Shown piece by piece: positions 34,350-41,959 of a DNA stretch of 64,000 nucleotides. The notes under the pieces are model-generated. The model worked only from the letters and a program-made list of their open reading frames with translations. It made no database searches and was not told where the DNA came from. The stretch is from Vannielia sp. (GTDB taxonomy: Bacteria; Pseudomonadota; Alphaproteobacteria; Rhodobacterales; Rhodobacteraceae): the NCBI RefSeq assembly GCF_029212645.1, contig NZ_JARGND010000003.1:61741-125740 (forward strand). Reading direction: 5' to 3'. The first letter of the stretch is position 1. Every line of letters begins with the position of its first letter. A program made the position numbers and the translations under genes.

Positions 34350-35180
34350 TCAGCCCACGCCGGTTGAAGCAAGGAACTGGTCAACCCTATCGGTATAAGG
34401 GCCGGGCATTCCGAGGGTGGAATTGATCGCGGAATGCGACAGCGCCACTTCCAGCACCTCGGCGCGCCCGCCGCGCGCCTTTACCTGCCGCGCAAAGGCG
34501 CGCGCGGCGGGCAGCGGCCCGCGCCGTTTGGTGGAACAAACCAGCAGAAAGGGCGCGGTGCCGGTTTGAAGGCGGGCACGGGGCGAGGCGCGCTCCCAAA
34601 ACGCGCGGCTTTCGCCAAAGGCCGCCCGGTGAATGCGCGATGGGCGGCGGCGCATCGTAGTCTCGGCGTCATAAACTTCTGTATCCAGCGGCACGGTCGC
34701 CGCCCAGGGGTGCGCGCCCCATTGCCGGGCAAGGCCGGGATCGGCCCCGAGCAGGGCCACCAGATGCGCCCCGGCAGAATGGCCCATCAAGGCCATGCGC
34801 TTGGTGTCCAGCCCCCAAGAGGCGGCGTTCGCCTGAATATGCGAAATCCCGCGCGCCAGATCGGTGGCCTGCTGGAGCGGATCGGCCTCTGGCAGCAGGC
34901 GGGTATTGACCGACACGAAGCCAAGGCCACGGCCCGTCCAATGTGCGGCCTTCGCCTCCCAGACAGCGTCATTGCCCTTGTCGCCATATTGCCAACCGCC
35001 GCCGTGCATGAACACCACCATCGGCCCTTTTGGCGTGCTTTCGGGGAGATACACATCATACCGCTGGAGCGCATGGCCCCCATAGGCCACATCGCGCAGC
35101 ACCTTGGGCGCGGCGCAGGTGGGGGTAGCGGCAAAGGCGGCAAGGCCAGCAAGCGTGGCGCGGCGAGTCAGGTGGAGCAT
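34350..35180 (-). CDS. Alpha/beta hydrolase (HSL-like esterase) with twin-Arg-like signal
   Basis: HGGGW oxyanion motif, GHSAG nucleophile elbow; N-terminus LTRRATL. Confidence 0.85.
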   Translation of the reverse strand: MLHLTRRATLAGLAAFAATPTCAAPKVLRDVAYGGHALQRYDVYLPESTPKGPMVVFMHGGGWQYGDKGNDAVWEAKAAHWTGRGLGFVSVNTRLLPEADPLQQATDLARGISHIQANAASWGLDTKRMALMGHSAGAHLVALLGADPGLARQWGAHPWAATVPLDTEVYDAETTMRRRPSRIHRAAFGESRAFWERASPRARLQTGTAPFLLVCSTKRRGPLPAARAFARQVKARGGRAEVLEVALSHSAINSTLGMPGPYTDRVDQFLASTGVG

Positions 35181-35401
35181 GGCATATCCTTCTGCGCGGT
35201 AGGGTAGCCACGCCAGAGGGAGGATCAAGAGGGCGTGCGTTGCGCCCCGGCGCGACACGGCGCTTTTGCACGATTTTAGGCCAGCCTGCTGGCCGCGGCG
35301 GCAGGAGGGCTGTCGCAAACTTTGCCACTTTGCCACCCGGTTTTGCCACTCCGTTCACACGCGGCGGCAAAGCCTCTTCACCGGGGGTGCAATTTTCATG
35401 C

Positions 35402-35444
35402 TTGACAAAATTCAACATACAGAAGAGTTTTTCCATATTATGAA
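35402..35444 (+). promoter_or_regulatory. Putative promoter (-35 TTGACA) with two TTC-N8-GAA operator boxes
   Basis: TTGACA 35402-35407; TTCAACATACAGAA 35411-35424; TTCCATATTATGAA 35431-35444. Confidence 0.55.
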
Positions 35445-36183
35445 TTTTGCAGATGCCTCCTCCACCCGCGCCGTTCGCCTGTTCGAGGCCTTCGCCTCGG
35501 TGGGCGCCCCCCAGTCCCTCAGCGAGATTTCTGATCTCCTCAATACACCGCTCAGCACCTGCCATGGGCTGGTGCGGGCGTTGCAAAACGGGGGATACCT
35601 TTACTCGAACGCCGCCTCGCGCCGCCATTATCCCACGCGAAGGTTGCTGCAGATCGCCGAAACGATCGCCGGGAACGACCCTGTCGTGACATATTTTGAT
35701 CCGCACATGGCCGATCTCAGGGATCTTACCGCCGAGACGGTTATCCTTGGGGCGCTTCAAAAGGACTCGGTTGTTTACCTGAGCGTCGCAGAGAGCCCGA
35801 GCACGATCCGCTACAGCGCCAGACCCGGCGATATCAAGCCGCTGTATTCCAGTGCCTTGGGCAAACTGATGCTGGGAGAAGCCTCCCCCCGGCAGCGCGC
35901 CGCGCTTATCGCGGGGCTGTCGCTGGAGGCGATCACAGAGAACACGCTGACCGATGCCGACACGCTGCGCGACGATCTGGAAGAGGCGCGGGGCAGGGGG
36001 CTTTATGTCACCTGCGGCGAAAACGTATCGGAGGTGATGGCGATCGCGGCCCCGGCGCGCATCGCGGGCGAAACCTACGGCGTTGCGGTTGCGGGGCCAA
36101 TTGCGCGGATGCAAGGCAAGCGCGATGAGATTGAACAGGCCCTGCTGGCGGCCTGCGCGCGGATTGGGGGAGATTTCCGATGA
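35440..36183 (+). CDS. IclR-family transcriptional regulator
   Basis: N-terminal HTH (LSEISDLLNTPLSTCHGLV); SALGKLML; AIAAP GAF-like C-domain. Confidence 0.9.
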   Translation: MNFADASSTRAVRLFEAFASVGAPQSLSEISDLLNTPLSTCHGLVRALQNGGYLYSNAASRRHYPTRRLLQIAETIAGNDPVVTYFDPHMADLRDLTAETVILGALQKDSVVYLSVAESPSTIRYSARPGDIKPLYSSALGKLMLGEASPRQRAALIAGLSLEAITENTLTDADTLRDDLEEARGRGLYVTCGENVSEVMAIAAPARIAGETYGVAVAGPIARMQGKRDEIEQALLAACARIGGDFR

Positions 36184-36950
36184 CGTCACTTGTCGAGGTC
36201 ACAAAGCGCGATGCCGTTCTGCATGTTTGCATCAACCGCCCCGAAAAGCGCAACGCGCTGAGCATGGAAACGCTGGATGCCGTTTGCGCCGCCTTCGGCG
36301 CGGCGGTGGATGACGACCTGAAGCTGGCGGTCCTGACCGGTGCGGGCGACAAGAGCTTTGCCGCCGGAGGCGACCTTAAGGAACTCGCCTCCGTCAAGGG
36401 GGAAGACGCCGCCGTTACGATGGCCAATCGCGCCAAGACGGCCCTCACGGCCGTGCGGAACTTTCCGCTGCCGGTCATTGCCGCGTTGAACGGCGATGCC
36501 CTGGGGGGCGGGGCCGAACTGGCGATGGCCTGCGACATGCGGGTTGCCGCTTCGCACGCAAGGATCGGTTTCATTCAAGGCAAGCTGGGGATCACCTCGG
36601 CCTGGGGCGGGGGGGTTGACCTTATGCGCCTGATCGGACCCGCGCGGGCGTTGCAGATGATGACCCGGATGGAGGTGCTGGCCCCCGCCGATGCAAGCGC
36701 GATGGGGCTTTACAATGCGACCGCCGGGGAGGGGGTATCGCTGGAGGAGGCGCTGGAAGATTTCATCGCGCCCATGCGCGGCCAGTCGCCACATGTCATG
36801 CGGTCTTTCAAGGAACTCGCGTTGCATCTGCGCCGGAACGACAGAGCCGAAATGGACAAGCTCGAAACCCATAACTTCGGTTTTGCCTGGGCACACCCCG
36901 ATCATGACCGCGCCGTCGAACGGCTGCTGAACAGGACAAACGTGAAATGA
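36180..36950 (+). CDS. Crotonase-fold enzyme (enoyl-CoA hydratase/decarboxylase family)
   Basis: INRPEKRNAL, FAAGGDL, GGGAELAMACD; FIQGKLG in place of the usual PE motif. Confidence 0.85.
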   Translation: MTSLVEVTKRDAVLHVCINRPEKRNALSMETLDAVCAAFGAAVDDDLKLAVLTGAGDKSFAAGGDLKELASVKGEDAAVTMANRAKTALTAVRNFPLPVIAALNGDALGGGAELAMACDMRVAASHARIGFIQGKLGITSAWGGGVDLMRLIGPARALQMMTRMEVLAPADASAMGLYNATAGEGVSLEEALEDFIAPMRGQSPHVMRSFKELALHLRRNDRAEMDKLETHNFGFAWAHPDHDRAVERLLNRTNVK

Positions 36951-38557
36951 CAAAACCGGCTTCAACCACCCAGCACGACCACCTGTCGCGCACCCCTTCC
37001 GGGATAGAGGTTCCGATCACGGTCACACCCGAGATGGCCGGAGAAGCCGCCCTGGGCGCGCCGGGGCAGTTTCCGTTTACGCGTGGCATTTTCGAGAACG
37101 GGTATCGCGGCAGGCTCTGGACGATCCGGCAATACTCGGGCTTCGGCACGGCGGAATCCACCAACGAGCGCTATCGGTTCCTGCTCGATCGCGGCCAGAC
37201 CGGGCTGTCGGTGGCGCTCGATCTGCCAACCCAGTGCGGCTATGACCCCGATGACGAGATGGCCATGTCAGAGATCGGCAAGGTCGGGGTGTCGCTGTCG
37301 ACGCTGGCGGAGGCCGAAATCCTGTTCGACCAGATCGACCTGTCGAAAATCTCCACGTCGTTCACCATCAACGGCACGGCGGCGATCATCTACGCGATGT
37401 ATCTTGCGGTTGCTGACAAGAAAGGCGTGCCGCGCGCGCAGCTGACCGGGACGATCCAGAACGACATTCTCAAGGAATACGTCGCCCGCGGAACGTGGAT
37501 CTTCCCGGTGAGGCCATCGATGCGCCTGATCGCTGACTCGGTCCTTTATGCCAACGAGCAGACACCGCGCTTCAACCCGATCTCCATTGCCGGCGCGCAT
37601 GTGCGCGATGCCGGGTGCACGGCGGCGGAGGAGATGGCCTATACCCTGGCCAACGGCCTCGCCTATGTTGACGAATTCAAGCGACGGGGCGGCGATATCG
37701 ACCATTTCGCCAAGCGGTTGAGCTTTTTCTTTTACGTCCACATGGACCTCTTCGAGGAGGTTGCCAAGTTTCGCGCCGGTCGGCGGATGTGGGCCAAAAT
37801 GCTCTCGGAACGCTATGGTGTGAGCGATGAAAAGGCGCTCCAGTTCCGCTTTGGCGTGGTGTGCGGCGGCTCTTCCCTGACGGCGGCACAACCGATGAAC
37901 AACGTGGTGCGCGTTGGCATTGAAACGATGGCTGCCGTAATGGGCGGCGCGCAGTCGATCTTTACCTGCGCCTTCGACGAAGCTTACCAGATCCCGACCG
38001 AAAACAGCGCCGAGATCGCGCTGCGCACACAACAGATCGTGGCGCAGGAAAGCGGCGTGGCCCGCACGGTCGACCCGCTGGGGGGCAGCTATTACGTGGA
38101 GTGGCTGACCGACCAGATGGAAGAGATGATCGGCACAATCATGGACGAGGTTGACGCCTACGGCGGCGTCGTGAAGGCGATCGAGGACGGATACCTGCAA
38201 GCCAAGATCGCCGAGCGCGCCAAGGAGCGCAAGGAAGCGACCGACAGCGGCGCGCGGCCCGTGGTTGGCGTCAACGTCGGCACCCGTGACAAGAGCGAAA
38301 GCGACCGGGGCGAGATGTTCAGCCAGGACCCGGAAACGGTCAAACAAGTGCTGGAAAAGCACAAGCGCACCATGGAGCGCCGGGATCAGGCCGCCGTCGA
38401 CAAGGCGCTCGCCGCCCTGGGCGCGGCGGCTGCAACGGATACCGAGAACGTCATGCCGCATCTGGTCGATTGCTGCCACGCCTACGCCACCGTGGGCGAG
38501 ATGGTGGCAACCCTGAAAAAGGAATGGGGCGAATTCCAGGAACCCATAAGGTTTTGA
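36947..38557 (+). CDS. B12-dependent acyl-CoA mutase, substrate-binding large subunit (methylmalonyl-CoA mutase family)
   Basis: PGQFPFTRG, WTIRQYSGF, GTIQNDILKE, EVAKFRAGRRMW, DPLGGSYYVE, VVGVN; no B12 domain. Confidence 0.93.
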   Translation: MTKPASTTQHDHLSRTPSGIEVPITVTPEMAGEAALGAPGQFPFTRGIFENGYRGRLWTIRQYSGFGTAESTNERYRFLLDRGQTGLSVALDLPTQCGYDPDDEMAMSEIGKVGVSLSTLAEAEILFDQIDLSKISTSFTINGTAAIIYAMYLAVADKKGVPRAQLTGTIQNDILKEYVARGTWIFPVRPSMRLIADSVLYANEQTPRFNPISIAGAHVRDAGCTAAEEMAYTLANGLAYVDEFKRRGGDIDHFAKRLSFFFYVHMDLFEEVAKFRAGRRMWAKMLSERYGVSDEKALQFRFGVVCGGSSLTAAQPMNNVVRVGIETMAAVMGGAQSIFTCAFDEAYQIPTENSAEIALRTQQIVAQESGVARTVDPLGGSYYVEWLTDQMEEMIGTIMDEVDAYGGVVKAIEDGYLQAKIAERAKERKEATDSGARPVVGVNVGTRDKSESDRGEMFSQDPETVKQVLEKHKRTMERRDQAAVDKALAALGAAAATDTENVMPHLVDCCHAYATVGEMVATLKKEWGEFQEPIRF

Positions 38558-38561
38558 TGAC

Positions 38562-38957
38562 ATGACACTTGAAAAGAAACGCATCCTGATCGCCAAGCCC
38601 GGCCTCGACGGCCACGACGTGGGCGCCAAGGTGATCGCGCTGGCCCTGCGCGACGCGGGCGCCGAGGTGATCTATACCGGCCTGCGCCGCAGCCCCGAGC
38701 AGATCGTGCGCATCGCGGTGGACGAAGACGTGGACATGCTGGGCCTGTCGATTTTGTCCGGCAGTCACAAGGAACTGGCCACCTCCATCATAGCACGGTT
38801 GCGGGAGGAAGACGCCGGGGACATCAAGGTTTTCGTCGGCGGCACGATCCCGGAAGAGGACTTCGAGGCGCTGCGCGCCGAGGGGGTCTCGGGCATCTTC
38901 ACCAGCGAAATGACGATCGAATCCGTCATCGCCGAAGTCGACAGCCAGCTTTCCTGA
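38562..38957 (+). CDS. Cobalamin-binding small subunit of acyl-CoA mutase
   Basis: AKPGLDGHDVG (DxHxxG), GLSILSGSH, VGGTIP. Confidence 0.93.
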   Translation: MTLEKKRILIAKPGLDGHDVGAKVIALALRDAGAEVIYTGLRRSPEQIVRIAVDEDVDMLGLSILSGSHKELATSIIARLREEDAGDIKVFVGGTIPEEDFEALRAEGVSGIFTSEMTIESVIAEVDSQLS

Positions 38958-40072
38958 TGGCGGGGCCGCTCACAGGCAAGACCATCATCGAGGTCGGCCA
39001 TATGTTGGCCGGTCCCTATTGCGGGATGCTGCTGTCTGACCTTGGGGCGCGGGTCATCAAGGTGGAGTCCCCCGAAGGCGATATCGGGCGCAACATCGGG
39101 CCGCATCATGTGGGCGGGCACAACACCTATTTCGCCTCCCTCAATCGCGGCAAGGAAAGCGTGACGCTCGATCTTGGCTCGCAGGAGGGGAAGGCCGGTC
39201 TTTCACGGCTCGTCGGTATGGCAGACGGATTGCTCACCAACCTGCGCCCGTCGGCGATCAAGAAACTGGGGCTGACCTATGACAGCCTGAAAGAGATCAA
39301 GCCCCGCCTCGCCTGCCTCGCGCTGACAGGCTACGGGCTCGATGGCCCTTACGCCGATTCCCCCGCCTACGACTACGTTATTCAGGCGATGACCGGCGTG
39401 ATGCTGTTGACCGGAGATCCGGATGGTCCGCCGGTGAAATCGGGGTATTCGGCGGTGGACAATTCCGCCGGTATCATGGGGGCTTTGGGGCTGGTCGCAA
39501 AGATGCTGGAAGGCAAGGGCGGGCAGGTCGACGTGTCGATGTACGACACGATGATGTCACAGATGAACTATCTCGGGAGCAGCTACCTCAATTCGGGCGA
39601 GCTCCCCAAGCGGATCAAGGACGGGGGGCACCCCTTCATCGTGCCCGCGCAGCTGTTTCGCACGAAAGAGGGCTACGTCGTGCTCTTTATCACGCACGAC
39701 AAGTTCTGGCGGGTCTTTGCGGAATCGCTGGGGGAGCCCGAATGGCTCAGCGATCCGAGGTTTTCCACGATGTCCGGGCGGTCGGCGAACAGGGATATCG
39801 TTGTTGCTCAGATTTCCGCGCGGCTGTTGGAGAAGACCGCAGAGGAATGGGTTGAGCAATTCGCCCCGCTGGGGCTTGTCGTGGCCTCTCTCTGCTCGTT
39901 GCCAGATGCGCTGGAGGGACCGCTCAGCGCATCGCGCAACATGGTGATCGAGATCCCGGTTGATGGCGACACGCTGCGCCTGATCGGCAGCGCCATCAAG
40001 ATCGCGGGCGAAGCCCCGGATTTCCGCGCGCCGCCTGCGTTGGGTGAGCATAACGCCCAACTGTTGGAATAG
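38957..40072 (+). CDS. Family III CoA-transferase (CaiB/BaiF)
   Basis: LAGPY, LGARVIKVE, NRGKES, YDYVIQAMTG, VDVSM, APPALGEH. Confidence 0.92.
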   Translation: MAGPLTGKTIIEVGHMLAGPYCGMLLSDLGARVIKVESPEGDIGRNIGPHHVGGHNTYFASLNRGKESVTLDLGSQEGKAGLSRLVGMADGLLTNLRPSAIKKLGLTYDSLKEIKPRLACLALTGYGLDGPYADSPAYDYVIQAMTGVMLLTGDPDGPPVKSGYSAVDNSAGIMGALGLVAKMLEGKGGQVDVSMYDTMMSQMNYLGSSYLNSGELPKRIKDGGHPFIVPAQLFRTKEGYVVLFITHDKFWRVFAESLGEPEWLSDPRFSTMSGRSANRDIVVAQISARLLEKTAEEWVEQFAPLGLVVASLCSLPDALEGPLSASRNMVIEIPVDGDTLRLIGSAIKIAGEAPDFRAPPALGEHNAQLLE

Positions 40073-40077
40073 CGGCA

Positions 40078-40962
40078 ATGAGCACCGATACGCCCCTCAA
40101 CCGCCGCCAGATATCGCGGGAGCTGACCCGGATCGCGAATGCATCGGTACGGGATGTGCTGGACACCATCGGTCACAGCGAGGCGCCTGCCGCGTTCCGC
40201 ATCGGGATCACCGGCCCGCCAGGGGGCGGCAAATCGACCCTGATCAACGCCCTGGTCAAGGATCGCCTGAAAAACCGCAGCGACACGAGGTTGGCGGTGC
40301 TGGCCATTGATCCCTCCAGCCCGGTGAGCGGCGGCGCGATCCTTGGGGACCGCATCCGGATGGATGCAATTGCCGATCTGCCGGGCCTCTACCTGCGGTC
40401 CCTGTCGAGCCGGGGCGCGCGCAATGGGCTGTGTGACAATATCGTGGACCTGCTCACCCTGCTGGAGACCCACGGTTTTGACGAGGTAGTGCTGGAAACC
40501 GTCGGAGTTGGCCAATCAGAAGTTGCCGTGCATGAGGTTGTCGACACGCTGGTGGTGATCGTGCCCCCTGATGCAGGCGACAGCGTGCAAACCATGAAGT
40601 CCGGCATCCTCGAAATGGCTGACATTGTCGTTGTCACCAAGGCCGACCAGCCGGGCGCGCGGCGCATGGCCTCCGATCTTGCCGCCGTGTTGCGCAAGCG
40701 CGGCGACCGGGATGTGCCCGTATTGCAGACCGAAGCCGAGGGGGCCGGGGTCGCCGCGCTGAACCAGGCTATCAACGACCACCGCGCCTGGCTCGCGGCG
40801 AACCATCCGCATGCCCTGACGCGGGAGAACAGGCGGCGGTATCACCTGCAGGCTCTGATCGAGCGGCAGGTTCAGGACGCATTGAAAGCGAAGGGAGACA
40901 TTACGCGCGGCACGCTGACCGCATCTTACGACCGACTGCTCGCAGCCTTGCGGGTGAAATGA
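40078..40962 (+). CDS. meaB: MeaB/ArgK-family G-protein chaperone of acyl-CoA mutase
   Basis: GITGPPGGGKST, DPSSP..GGAILGDRIRM, ETVGVGQSE, TKAD. Confidence 0.9.
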   Translation: MSTDTPLNRRQISRELTRIANASVRDVLDTIGHSEAPAAFRIGITGPPGGGKSTLINALVKDRLKNRSDTRLAVLAIDPSSPVSGGAILGDRIRMDAIADLPGLYLRSLSSRGARNGLCDNIVDLLTLLETHGFDEVVLETVGVGQSEVAVHEVVDTLVVIVPPDAGDSVQTMKSGILEMADIVVVTKADQPGARRMASDLAAVLRKRGDRDVPVLQTEAEGAGVAALNQAINDHRAWLAANHPHALTRENRRRYHLQALIERQVQDALKAKGDITRGTLTASYDRLLAALRVK

Positions 40963-40984
40963 AACCGAATGGGAGGAGACCATC

Positions 40985-41956
40985 ATGAACAGAACTTTCA
41001 AGGGAGTTACAGTGGCGGCGGCACTATTGGCCGCCGGGGTCGCGCATGCGCAAGACAGGCTGACAATGGGCGCGACCCACAGCGCCTCGTCGTTTTATGC
41101 TTACCAGGTAGGGATCACGAATTTCCTCAACACTGCCGTCGAGACCGTTAATATCAACGTTCGGGAGCTTGGGGGCGCTGAAGTATCGACCGAGGCGCTG
41201 TTGCGCGACGAAGTGGATATGGGTATTTCCGTTACCTCATCGGACTTCGCGGCGCTGAACGGGGTGGAGCCTTTCAGCGGCAAGGCCGAAAAGCTGCGCA
41301 CGCTTTACTACTTTGCGCCGCTGCCGCTGAATTTCGTGGTGGCCGCCGATGCCGGTGTTGACACTGTCGATGCGCTTGCCGGCGCGGCCTTCAACCCCGG
41401 TGGGCGCGGCACATCGACCGAGCGCCAGGTTGAGCAGGTCATGGAAACCATCGGCGTCACCCCCGATTGGCTTCGTGCCGAAGGCGGCGATGCGCTGGAT
41501 GCCTTCCAGAACGGCCAGATCGTGGGGTTCGTGAAGGGGGGCAACCACCCCGATGGCTACATTCAGCAGGCGGCTTCTGCCCGCGACATCGTGTTCCTCT
41601 CGCTGGATGAGGCCCAGCGCAACAGCGTGATCGAGGCCTATCCGTTCTTCAGCGCCGCAAAGAGCACCCCAAGCACGTTCTACGGTGAGACCGAAGGCGA
41701 GGTGTCCACGCTGCAAACGGCCATCGGCATCAACACCACGACAAACCTTGACGAGGAAACCGCCTACCAGATCGCCAAAGCCGTGTTCTCTGACGCGGGC
41801 AAGCAGGCGGCTTCCGAGGTGTATGCCCCGGCCAAAACCATCGACGTGGCGCAGCTCACCATCGACGCTGCGGTGGCGCCGCTCCACAAGGGGGTTATTC
41901 GCTACCTCGAAGAGGCGGGCTATACCGTGCCCGATGACCTGAAGGCGCAGGACTGA
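40985..41956 (+). CDS. TAXI-family TRAP transporter solute-binding protein
   Basis: Signal peptide; C-terminal PLHKGVIRY typical of TAXI; precedes 4TM/12TM permease. Confidence 0.85.
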   Translation: MNRTFKGVTVAAALLAAGVAHAQDRLTMGATHSASSFYAYQVGITNFLNTAVETVNINVRELGGAEVSTEALLRDEVDMGISVTSSDFAALNGVEPFSGKAEKLRTLYYFAPLPLNFVVAADAGVDTVDALAGAAFNPGGRGTSTERQVEQVMETIGVTPDWLRAEGGDALDAFQNGQIVGFVKGGNHPDGYIQQAASARDIVFLSLDEAQRNSVIEAYPFFSAAKSTPSTFYGETEGEVSTLQTAIGINTTTNLDEETAYQIAKAVFSDAGKQAASEVYAPAKTIDVAQLTIDAAVAPLHKGVIRYLEEAGYTVPDDLKAQD

Positions 41957-41959
41957 CCC

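Noticed and set aside
35181-35439. Cobalamin riboswitch upstream of the B12 mutase operon
   Set aside because: No recognisable B12-box or GGGAA/GCCCCCGC core; the region is better explained by a promoter and IclR boxes.
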